Source: Acidobacteria bacterium RIFCSPLOWO2_02_FULL_61_28
GTDB taxonomy: Bacteria > Acidobacteriota > Terriglobia > 2-12-FULL-54-10
Assembly (NCBI GenBank): GCA_001767035.1
Contig: MEKR01000164.1
Location: forward strand, 19,298-83,297
Length of the DNA: 64,000 nucleotides
Direction of reading: 5' to 3'
Shown: piece after piece, positions 9,430-17,124 of the stretch
How positions within the stretch are numbered: the first letter of the stretch is position 1
Layout: each line of letters opens with the position of its first letter
Program-made: the position numbers and the translations under genes
The notes under the pieces: model-generated
Seen by the model: only the letters and a program-made list of their open reading frames with translations
Databases searched by the model: none
Told to the model about the DNA's origin: nothing

Positions 9430-9729
9430 ATGCCAATGAAGAACCCGCCGCATCCGGGCGAGATCATCCGCGAGGATGTGATCCATGCCTTGGGCCTGTC
9501 GGTGACGCGCGCGGCAAAGATTCTCGGCGTGCGGCGCGCCACGTTGTCCGACGTAACCAACGGGAAGTCCTCCGTGTCCGCGGAGATGGCCCTGCGCCTG
9601 GAGAAAGCCTTCGGCGTCAGCATGGACCTGCTGCTCAAGATGCAGGCGGGTTACGATGCCGCGCAAGCGCGTCTGCATTCCAGCCACATCAAGGTCAAAC
9701 GGTTCCAACTCCAAGCTACGCGTTCTTGA
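9430..9729 (+). CDS. HigA-like antitoxin (HTH_XRE, 'addiction module antidote protein HigA' type). Orphan: no toxin gene adjacent.
   Basis: MPMKNPPHPGEIIREDVIHALGLSVTRAAKILGVRRATLSDVTNGKSSVSAEMALRLEKAFGVSMDLLLKMQAGYD matches the canonical HigA HTH. Confidence 0.75.
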   Translation: MPMKNPPHPGEIIREDVIHALGLSVTRAAKILGVRRATLSDVTNGKSSVSAEMALRLEKAFGVSMDLLLKMQAGYDAAQARLHSSHIKVKRFQLQATRS

Positions 9730-9738
9730 CTCGCCACG

Positions 9739-9864
9739 CTGCGCCCCGCCGCGAGCGACTACCTCTACTTCGTCGCCAACTCGGACGGCGGCCACACCTT
9801 CTCCCGCAACCTCGCCGAACACAACCTCGCCGTCAGCTTGTACCGCAAGAGCCCCGCCCCATAA
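9739..9864 (+). pseudogene. Duplicated fragment of the mltG 3' end (~90% nucleotide identity to 9231-9345).
   Basis: ...LRPAASDYLYFVANSDGGHTFSRNLAEHNLAVSLYRKSPAP* parallels the MltG C-terminus ...LRPAASDYLYFVANADGGHTFSRTLAEHNVAVSLYRQNLREQ. It lies directly after the higA-like stop codon. Confidence 0.7.
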
Positions 9865-9938
9865 CCTATTCGTAACCTTCTTCCGATCAACCGATTAGCC
9901 AAGTTGCGGGGGAGCGCGGCGCTCTGTTACAGTGGCTT

Positions 9939-10823
9939 GTGGAGTCGAATGTGCGTCGCGGTTGGGTTGGAAGGTGGTTTGCCGCGGCCTTATTCCTGTC
10001 TCTTCTATCCGGCTGCGCGGTGCGGCAGCGGGAGCGGCTCCCGGCGGCAGCCCTGGCTTCCGCTTGGCAGAAGGCGACGCTGGCCGAGTTGCTGGACAAG
10101 ATTCGCGCGCAGCAGGACGCCATCCGCACCTTCCAGGCAACCGTTGAGATCGAACCGTCCGTCACATCTCTTCAGAGGGGCGAGATCGTGCACTACCGCG
10201 ACGTGCGTGCGTTTATCCTGATCCGGCGTCCGGCGTTGCTGCGGATGATCGGGCAGTATCCGGTGGCGCGAACCACGGCCTTCGACATGGCGTCCGACGG
10301 CGAACGCTTCGGCCTCTATATTCCGTCGAGGAATCGGTTTATTATTGGGAATAGCCGGGAGGGACGGCGTTCGGACTCGGCGCTCGAAAACCTGCGCCCG
10401 CAGCACATTCTGGATGCTCTGCTGTGGCAAGGCCCGGAGCCGGGCCGGGAGCAGGCTGTCCTGGAAGTAAGCGCGGAGGGTCCGACGAGCTATTACATCG
10501 TGCACGTCCTGCGTCCGGCCGGCGAGCGAGGATTTGTCCTGGCGCGCAACCTCTGGTTTGAGCGCCGCAAGCTGACCCTCGAGCGCCTCCAGATATTTGA
10601 TGACGACGGCGAAGAAGTCAGCGACGCCCGGTACGTGGACTACGCGGAGTTTTCCGGGATTCCGTACGCCCAGAAGATCACCATTGACCGTCCCCAGGAC
10701 CAGTACGGGCTGGCGCTGACGGTCTCGAAGCTTGAGTTCAATCTGCCGCTCGAAGATGATAAGTTCCGGCTGGAGCAGCCGCCCGGGACCGAGCTTCGCA
10801 ACCTGGAAGAGCGTTCTTTGTGA
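9939..10823 (+). CDS. Lipoprotein (lipobox LLSGC), possible LolA/LolB-fold outer-membrane lipoprotein-sorting-like protein. The family assignment is tentative.
   Basis: Signal plus lipobox MESNVRRGWVGRWFAAALFLSLLSGCA. Sits upstream of the LolCE/LolD-like transporter genes. Confidence 0.6.
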   Translation: MESNVRRGWVGRWFAAALFLSLLSGCAVRQRERLPAAALASAWQKATLAELLDKIRAQQDAIRTFQATVEIEPSVTSLQRGEIVHYRDVRAFILIRRPALLRMIGQYPVARTTAFDMASDGERFGLYIPSRNRFIIGNSREGRRSDSALENLRPQHILDALLWQGPEPGREQAVLEVSAEGPTSYYIVHVLRPAGERGFVLARNLWFERRKLTLERLQIFDDDGEEVSDARYVDYAEFSGIPYAQKITIDRPQDQYGLALTVSKLEFNLPLEDDKFRLEQPPGTELRNLEERSL

Positions 10824-10895
10824 GGAAAGGAAACCCTGCCCGCTCCCTTACGGTCGCGGCTCGGATGAAATCGTTGTAAGGAAAGGCAACCGACC

Positions 10896-11996
10896 GTGGT
10901 GAACCGGCTCATTGTGGCGAATCTGGTAGCCCGCCCCATGCGGACGATGCTCTCGGTGACGGCCGTCGCGGTCGAGATGGTCCTGATCATTTTGGTGGTC
11001 GGTCTCACGCACGGCATATTGCAGGAGACGGCGCGGCGCACCGCCGGCGTGGGCGCCCAAATCATGGTCCTGCCGCAGACCACGTCGTTCGTGATGGGGA
11101 TGAGCGGGACGCCCTTGCCGACCCAGCTCGCCGACCGCATCGCGGAAGTCTCCGGCGTCCAGGCCGTGGCGCCGGTCGCGACGCAAGTGAGTTCCAACGG
11201 CGGCGTCACCATGATTTACGGGATTGATCCGAAGCGGTTCGACGCGGTCAGCGGCGGCTTTCGCTTCCTGCAAGGCCGCGGCCTGCAAGCCCCGGACGAG
11301 GTGCTGGTGGATGACATCCACGCGCGCGCCCACAAGCTCCGCGCCGGTCAAACCGTCGAGCTGCTCAACCATACCTTCCGGCTGGCCGGCATCGTCGAGC
11401 ACGGCAAAGGCGCGCGGATCTTCATGAAGATTGACGCGCTCCAGGACCTGCTGGGAGCGCCGGGGAAGGCTTCGGTCTTCTTTGTGAAGGTGGTCAATCC
11501 GCAGCAAACGGCCCAAGTGCTCGAAGAATTGCGCCGCCTGCTGCCCAACTACCAACTGCGCGACATGGCGGAATACCTCTCGCTGATGACCGCCAGCAAC
11601 GTCCCCGGCTTGAACAACTTCATTACGGTGATGATCGCGCTGGCGGTTTCGATTGGCCTGCTGGTGATCTTCATCACCATGTATTCCACGATTGTGGAGC
11701 GGACGCGCGAGATCGGAATCTTGAAATCCATGGGCGCCTCCAACCGCTATATTGTCAGTGTGGTGCTCCGCGAAACGGCGTTGCTGACCGCGGTCGGGAT
11801 CGGAGCCGGGATTGGGCTGAGCTTCCTGCTGCGCCGCCTGACCGGAGTCGTATTCCCGACGCTCCCGATTTTGATTACGCCCGGGTGGATGCTGCGGGCC
11901 GGGTTGATCGCCCTGGCCGCGAGCTTCATCGGCTCCGTCTATCCGGCCTTCCGGGCGAGCAAGCTCGACGCCATTGAAGCGATCGCCTATGAGTGA
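10896..11996 (+). CDS. ABC transporter permease, FtsX/MacB-LolC/E family (N-terminal TM, periplasmic MacB-like domain, three C-terminal TM segments).
   Basis: MVNRLIVANLVARPMRTMLSVTAVAVEMVLIILVVGL... plus C-terminal FtsX-like helices (ITVMIALAVSIGLLVIFITMYSTIVERTREIGILKSMGAS...). Confidence 0.85.
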   Translation: MVNRLIVANLVARPMRTMLSVTAVAVEMVLIILVVGLTHGILQETARRTAGVGAQIMVLPQTTSFVMGMSGTPLPTQLADRIAEVSGVQAVAPVATQVSSNGGVTMIYGIDPKRFDAVSGGFRFLQGRGLQAPDEVLVDDIHARAHKLRAGQTVELLNHTFRLAGIVEHGKGARIFMKIDALQDLLGAPGKASVFFVKVVNPQQTAQVLEELRRLLPNYQLRDMAEYLSLMTASNVPGLNNFITVMIALAVSIGLLVIFITMYSTIVERTREIGILKSMGASNRYIVSVVLRETALLTAVGIGAGIGLSFLLRRLTGVVFPTLPILITPGWMLRAGLIALAASFIGSVYPAFRASKLDAIEAIAYE

Positions 11997-12098
11997 GAAA
12001 GCAGTGACGAGTGGGAAGTGACCCGTGACGAGAAAAGCAAATAGAAGCTCTCTGGTCACTCGTCACTCATCACTCATCACTTGTCACTGTCTTCCAAG
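11997..12098. repeat. Inverted pair of GTGACGA-heptamer arrays forming a long hairpin between the permease and ATPase genes. Possible REP-like element or terminator.
   Basis: Forward agtgacgagtgggaagtgacccgtgacgag ... reverse ggtcactcgtcactcatcactcatcacttgtcactg. Confidence 0.6.
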
Positions 12099-12101
12099 CC
12101 C

Positions 12102-12779
12102 ATGACCGAAATTATTCGAATCGAACGCCTGCACAAGATTTTCCGCATCGGCAAGGTCGAGGTGCCGGCGCTGCGCGGGGTGAATCTGCGCGTCGAGGAC
12201 GGGGAATTCGTGAGCCTGGTGGGACCGTCCGGGTGCGGGAAATCCACGCTGCTGCACGTGATCGGCGGGCTGACCGCGCCCACCTCCGGCCGCGTGATCG
12301 TGGACGGCATGGACCTCGGCCAAATGAGCGACGGCCTGCGGACCCAACTGCGCAAGAAGAAGATCGGCTTCGTCTTTCAACGATTCAACCTGCTCCCGAC
12401 GCTCACCGCCTGGGGCAACATCGCGCTCGCCTGCCACATCGCCGGGAACCGCAACGGCAACTCGCGCGCCGAGATGCAGGCCGTGATCAAGATGCTGGGC
12501 CTGGAAGCGCGCATGGGACACCGCCCCTACGAGCTGTCCGGCGGCGAGCAGCAGCGCGTCGCCATCGCCCGCGCCGTCGTCAACCGCCCCAAGATCATCC
12601 TGGCCGACGAACCCACCGGCAACCTCGACACCGAGAACTCCGAGCTGGTCTTGAACATGCTCTGCGAGCTTAACCACAAATTCGGCCAGACCATCCTCTT
12701 GATTACCCACAACCCCGAAGTCTCCACCTTCACCGACCGCATCGTCAACATGCGCGACGGCCATATCCTGGAAAGCTGA
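12102..12779 (+). CDS. ABC transporter ATP-binding protein, LolD/MacB family.
   Basis: Walker [11 protein letters not shown]-loop, signature [14 protein letters not shown], Walker [13 protein letters not shown]-loop ITHN. Confidence 0.9.
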   Translation: MTEIIRIERLHKIFRIGKVEVPALRGVNLRVEDGEFVSLVGPSGCGKSTLLHVIGGLTAPTSGRVIVDGMDLGQMSDGLRTQLRKKKIGFVFQRFNLLPTLTAWGNIALACHIAGNRNGNSRAEMQAVIKMLGLEARMGHRPYELSGGEQQRVAIARAVVNRPKIILADEPTGNLDTENSELVLNMLCELNHKFGQTILLITHNPEVSTFTDRIVNMRDGHILES

Positions 12780-12787
12780 GCCGGGCC

Positions 12788-13206
12788 GCGACGAGTGACA
12801 AGTGATGAGTGACGAGAAGAAGGTTCGCAGTTACAAAGACCTGGCCCGCATTTCTCGCCAGGCGAGTCCGGAAGCAAGTTGCACGCGAAAATCCCCGAAG
12901 GGGATTCACATGGGTAGCCGGGGGCAACGCCCCCGGGAACCAGACACTCCCCCGGGAAATGCCGACCCCGGAGGGGTCGTACAAATTTCGCGTGTCCGAT
13001 CCGTCCGACCCTTTCAGGGTCGGGCCGGCATTACACTTTGTTCCGGGGGCGTTGCCCCCGGCTACTCACCGTTTGCCCTTTCAGGGCAGCAGAAATGAAT
13101 CCCCGACATTTGTTGTTGGTGAGAAATACGGGCTAGCAGTATGGCAATAGCCGTCGCTAACCACTCGACGCTGCTCTTCGCTCGTCACTCATCACTGGTC
13201 ACTCGT
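12788..13206. repeat. Composite intergenic element. Inverted GTGACGA-heptamer arrays (12788-12818 forward, 13160-13206 reverse) bracket a ~300 bp tract made of serial short GC-stem hairpins.
   Basis: Hairpins include tccccgaaggggattc, ccgggggcaacgcccccgg with its inverted partner ccgggggcgttgcccccgg, gaccccggaggggtc and gaccctttcagggtc. No credible CDS (the 12809..13150 ORF is repeat-derived). Confidence 0.55.
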
Positions 13207-14186
13207 CACTGCTTCTTGAGGAAGCCAACTAGAATCGGGTTGACGACTTCCGGGCGCTCGTAGTGGGGCAGGTGGCCGGCCTCTTGGATCAAGTGAAATT
13301 CGGCCTGCGGGATGGCGCGGCGGATTTCATCGCTCACCGGCAGCGGGACCGTCTGGTCGGCTTCGCCCCACAGCAGCAGCACGGGCCGGCCGCTCTGGCC
13401 GACGCGTTCGAACTCGCCCCGCACGTCCCGCCCCATATAGTCGCGCATCGTCGAGAGCAGCGCCCGCCGGAATCCTTTGTACTGCATCTGGACGCGGTAT
13501 TTCTCCGGCCAGTCCGGGAACCGCTCCGGCTGAAAGAAATCCGCGAGCTGTCCCTCGGCCAGCGACGGCGACACCAAGACGGTCATGTAGTATTCGCCGT
13601 AGTATTTGCCGAAGAGGGGCGCGCCGAGCCAGACGGGCGGCCTGCGCGCTTCGTGATAGGAAGAATCCAGCAGCACCAGCGCCCGGACCCGCTCCGGGTG
13701 CCGGTCGGCGAAAGTGACGACAATCGGCCCGCCCATCGAAAGCCCCACTAGGTCCACGGGGCCTGGAATCGAAAGAGCGGAGAGCAGGCCCAGCAACTGC
13801 CGGTCGTAGAGATCGGCGTCGTAGGCCACGTTGGGGCGGTCCGAGTATCCGCGCCCGTAGAGGTCGTACCGCAGGACGCGAAACCCGGAGTGGACCAGGG
13901 CCGCAAACGTGGGGTCCCAAATGTAATAGGGGACCGAGAAGCCGTGCACCAAAACGACCGCGCGCGCCTCCGGCGGCCCGGCCAGTTCATAGTGGACCAT
14001 CCCGTCCGGCAATCGGACGAAACTGCCTCCGGCCGTTCGCCGAACCTCCTCCGTTATGCTCTCGGTTTCGGTATCGAAATGAACGTAGGCAAGGGCAGCA
14101 ACGAGTAGCAGCGCGGCTGGCCCGAAGCCGATGATCACCACCCATTCCAATCTCCGCATGAGACCACCTCCCGGAGGTCCGTCCAC
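13206..14186 (-). CDS. Alpha/beta-fold hydrolase with N-terminal membrane anchor.
   Basis: VVLVHGFSVPYYIWDP...GLSMGG nucleophile elbow (GxSxG); the catalytic His lies near the C-terminus. Confidence 0.8.
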   Translation of the reverse strand: MDGPPGGGLMRRLEWVVIIGFGPAALLLVAALAYVHFDTETESITEEVRRTAGGSFVRLPDGMVHYELAGPPEARAVVLVHGFSVPYYIWDPTFAALVHSGFRVLRYDLYGRGYSDRPNVAYDADLYDRQLLGLLSALSIPGPVDLVGLSMGGPIVVTFADRHPERVRALVLLDSSYHEARRPPVWLGAPLFGKYYGEYYMTVLVSPSLAEGQLADFFQPERFPDWPEKYRVQMQYKGFRRALLSTMRDYMGRDVRGEFERVGQSGRPVLLLWGEADQTVPLPVSDEIRRAIPQAEFHLIQEAGHLPHYERPEVVNPILVGFLKKQ

Positions 14187-14614
14187 AATAGCGCAACTGA
14201 AAGGGAACGGCGAAAGATTTTCCGCGCACCCGTCCGAAAGCCGGCTGGACGGCGTTGGGAGCCGTATTTCTCACCAGCCCCGAAGGGGCGTCAGACTCTA
14301 GCCCACGGCGCAAGCCGTGGGTTCGCAGGCGGGGATCGATGCAAGCCCCGGAGGGGCGATAGACATTGTGTTTCGACAGGCCGTTGGGTTGCCTTCTTTC
14401 GCCCCTACCGGGGCTTGTGGGATAAGGCGCTCCGTTCCCCGGGCTTACGCCCGGGGCTAGAATCTTGCGCGCCTCCGGCGCTGTGTCGGTGGTGAGAAAT
14501 CCGGGTTAAGCCGTGTGGGGAGGGGATTCTACATTCTGTCTTCTGACTTCTGACTCCCGACTTCTGTCCTCTCCTCCCCTACCCAACGCGCGCGTCTTGG
14601 CGTACACTCATACC

Positions 14615-15001
14615 ATGCTTCGGAAGCTCGTCGCGGCCATCTATCGAGGGTTGTTCTGGACCTACGACCGAGGGACCTGGCAATACGACATCATGGTGAT
14701 TCTGATCCTGGCCTTCATCTTCCTGACGCCGCGTTCCTGGTTCCACGACAAGCCGGTGTCGCCGCCGCCGGCGGCGGACATTGTACTGCTGCTCAATGAC
14801 CCGGCCCAGAAGGTCTATCAGCTTCGCGCGTCGCTGCTCGACCCCAAGGCGGACGGCTCCGTCGCTCGGAGCGCGCAACGAGTTCTGGCAACCTACACGG
14901 GAAAGGCTGTGGAAGTGATCCGCGCCGAACCGGCTTTGGTGGACTCGCGCGGACAGGTGATCAGCTATGCGGTCTGGGTGCGGGAGCAAGCCGCGTTCTA
15001 G
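14615..15001 (+). CDS. Small hypothetical membrane protein. ATG at 14615; the longer ORF from 14513 is rejected.
   Basis: MLRKLVAAIYRGLFWTYDRGTWQYDIMVILILAFIFLTPRSWF has one TM helix. No family recognised. Confidence 0.45.
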   Translation: MLRKLVAAIYRGLFWTYDRGTWQYDIMVILILAFIFLTPRSWFHDKPVSPPPAADIVLLLNDPAQKVYQLRASLLDPKADGSVARSAQRVLATYTGKAVEVIRAEPALVDSRGQVISYAVWVREQAAF

Positions 15002-15050
15002 CGAACTCCGGCGGGGCCTTAGAAGCTGGTTCAAGACCTGCCTTGGGGGA

Positions 15051-15199
15051 TCGTCAGGGCATGGGTTCAGCCATGCCGAACCAGGCCGCCCTTTGGAGTG
15101 GGCTTTAGCCCCTGAGGGTTGTCCCTCAGCGGCTGAAGCCGCAAGGAAGTTCCTGAATGTTGTCCCGCTTTCGGCACGACTAAAGTCGTGCCCTGACGG
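15051..15199. repeat. MITE-like dispersed repeat, copy A (~149 bp). Terminal inverted repeats CGTCAGGGC...GCCCTGACG; internal hairpins ggcatgg-ttca-gccatgcc and ggcacgac-taaa-gtcgtgcc.
   Basis: Near-identical to 46701-46848 over ~150 bp. Short relatives at 8308-8340 and 18681-18706. Confidence 0.75.
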
Positions 15200-15203
15200 G
15201 CCA

Positions 15204-15950
15204 GTGTGGGCTTTGGAAATAGCCTCTACGCTGATTTTCCTCCTTTGGCTCACGTGTACGCCTGGCATATCGGGTTTCGCCGCCGTGCTCCAATCCCCCG
15301 GTCAGCCCGGAAGCAAGCCTCCAGCTCCCGCCACGCTCGAGACCACCCTCGCCGCCATGGACCAGGCCGCGGCCCGCTTCTCAAGCGTTACGGGAAACCT
15401 CGAATACACCAAGGTAACCGTCATCGTCAATGACCGCTCGACCGAGCGCGGAACGATTTCTTTTGAGAAGGCGAAGGGCAAAACCCGCGTCCTGCTCGCT
15501 TTCCGGGAGCCGGCGGAAAAGTACGTGCTCTTCGAGGGCAGCAAAGTTTCCTTCTACCGGCCCAAGATCGCCGAAGTGCAGGAGTATGACCTTGCGCAGC
15601 GGCAAGGCCTGGTCGAACAGTTTTTGTTACTTGGCTTCGGAACGGCGGGCAGCGAACTCGAGAAGGCTTACCGCATCGTTTGGCGCGGCGAGGAATCGCT
15701 CGATCCCGGCACGCCGGGACGCGCGGTCCACCTGGAACTGACTCCCAAGTCGGCCCAAGGCTCGGCGCGACTGAAGCAGATCGAACTCTGGCTCTCGCCG
15801 GAGAACTGGCAGCCGGTGCAGCAGAAATTCTGGGAGCCGAGCGGAGATTATCTCATCGCCCGCTACAGCGGCCTGAAGCTCAACACCAAAATTCCCGATA
15901 AGAATTTCAAGCTGCCGCTGCGCGGAAAAGTCAAGACCGTGCGGCCCTAG
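15204..15950 (+). CDS. LolA-like periplasmic protein (outer-membrane lipoprotein carrier fold). Start probably GTG/TTG near 15204. The track ORF from 14967 reads through the MITE and is rejected.
   Basis: Signal-like STLIFLLWLTCTPGISGFAAVLQSP, then ...RVLLAFREPAEKYVLFEGSKVSFYRPKIAEVQEYDL... resembles the LolA core (P--q-iv-dG--lw-Y-P-l-qv). Confidence 0.55.
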   Translation: MWALEIASTLIFLLWLTCTPGISGFAAVLQSPGQPGSKPPAPATLETTLAAMDQAAARFSSVTGNLEYTKVTVIVNDRSTERGTISFEKAKGKTRVLLAFREPAEKYVLFEGSKVSFYRPKIAEVQEYDLAQRQGLVEQFLLLGFGTAGSELEKAYRIVWRGEESLDPGTPGRAVHLELTPKSAQGSARLKQIELWLSPENWQPVQQKFWEPSGDYLIARYSGLKLNTKIPDKNFKLPLRGKVKTVRP

Positions 15951-16077
15951 ACCCCGGTTATCTTCTCTTGTCCTGTCGGGACAACCAAAAGCCCCAGTCC
16001 GCCAGATTCTGGAAATTTCCGCCACCAGTGACTCGAAGCCTGCCTTCCCACCCGGCTGACTCCCGGAAGGAATTCCC

Positions 16078-16893
16078 TCACCGCGAGGCCACGGGGTCCA
16101 AGCCGGCTTTCCGGATGGCGGGAGCCACGGCGGGCGAGGCCAGGAACTCGATGAGCGCCCGGGCTGCCTCCGGGTTCTTCGAGTTTGCCGCCACTCCCGC
16201 CGAGAACACCGTAATCTCTTGCGCCTCGGGCGGCAGCGGGCCGACGTAATCGAGGCCCGGGATGGGGAGCAACTCGCTGATCTGCTGGAAGCCGATTTCC
16301 GCATCTCCGCGCGCCACCACCGCGCCGACTCGCTCGCTGACGATTCGCTGACTCTTGCTCTTGACCTGCTCGGCAATCCCCAACCGCGGAAACAGCTTGG
16401 TCGAGAGGTAGACGCCGCTGGCGCTGGACGAGTAGGCGATGGATTTGGCTGCGAGCAGCGCGCGCACCAGCGCCTCCACGCTGCTGATGTCGGGTTGGGG
16501 CGCTCCGGCCCGCACCGCCATGCCGATCCCTGACCGCACCAGGTCCACGCGGCTTCCGGACCTCACCTTGCCTTGCCGGATCAGTTCGTCGAGCGCGCCG
16601 CTCGTCAGGATGACCACGTCGGCGGGCTCCCCGCGCCCGAGCCGCATCGGAATCGAGTCCGGCGCATCTCCCATCGAGGCCCCGTTGATGGTCACCACCC
16701 GGTTCTTGCTGGCGCGCTCATATTCCGGTACGACTTCGCTGAACGGCGCGGCGAAACCGCCCGAAGTCATCACCCGGATTTCTTCCCCGCGCGCCTGCCC
16801 GGCCAGGCACAGCAAGCCCGCCAGCACCAACAGCACGGCTCTCCCCATAGCTCTCGATGTATGGAACCTGTACGCCCGCAACTTGGTTTTCAT
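16078..16893 (-). CDS. Periplasmic substrate-binding protein, molybdate/tungstate-binding (ModA-like) family. Orphan: no adjacent permease.
   Basis: Signal peptide MGRAVLLVLAGLLCLAGQARG; ...IRVMTSGGFAAPFSEVVPEYERASKNRVVTINGASMG...DVVILTSGALDEL... matches the ModA fold. Confidence 0.75.
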   Translation of the reverse strand: MKTKLRAYRFHTSRAMGRAVLLVLAGLLCLAGQARGEEIRVMTSGGFAAPFSEVVPEYERASKNRVVTINGASMGDAPDSIPMRLGRGEPADVVILTSGALDELIRQGKVRSGSRVDLVRSGIGMAVRAGAPQPDISSVEALVRALLAAKSIAYSSSASGVYLSTKLFPRLGIAEQVKSKSQRIVSERVGAVVARGDAEIGFQQISELLPIPGLDYVGPLPPEAQEITVFSAGVAANSKNPEAARALIEFLASPAVAPAIRKAGLDPVASR

Positions 16894-17124
16894 GGTAGTC
16901 CTGCCTTATTCGGTTTTATTACATTCCTATATTATACCTTCTGATCCCTCGTGACCGTCTGGAACCGGCCATCCCGGCTGCCCACCCCCGCTTCGCAAAC
17001 CCTCTGGCAATTCCCCCCGGAAAGGGGCTATGCTGTGCCTGCCGTACCAGCTATCGTCACTCAAGCCCGCGCCGGGCACCCCCCGGGCGGATGCGTCACA
17101 GAAGACCGGAACGGAGGGCCGCAT

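Noticed and set aside
7187-9822. Minus-strand ORFs 7187..7945, 8340..9314, 9325..9822
   Set aside because: Antisense to PPOX/ruvX/mltG/higA. Typical high-GC shadow ORFs (R/G/A/P-rich), no RBS and no motifs.
10848-12764. Minus-strand ORFs 10848..12059 and 12084..12764
   Set aside because: Antisense to the ABC permease and ATPase genes, whose calls are strongly supported by Walker/FtsX motifs.
7641-13206. Possible CRISPR array (short tandem GTGACGA repeats)
   Set aside because: Units are 7 bp with no spacers of regular 30-40 bp length. Arrays are scattered at gene ends and no cas genes are present. Better explained as REP/MITE-like repeats.
14967-15203. N-terminal extension of the LolA-like ORF (GSSGHGFSHAEPGRPLEWALAPEGCPSAAEAARK...)
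   Set aside because: This portion is the MITE-like repeat read in frame. The same peptides arise from the other copy at 46701-46848.
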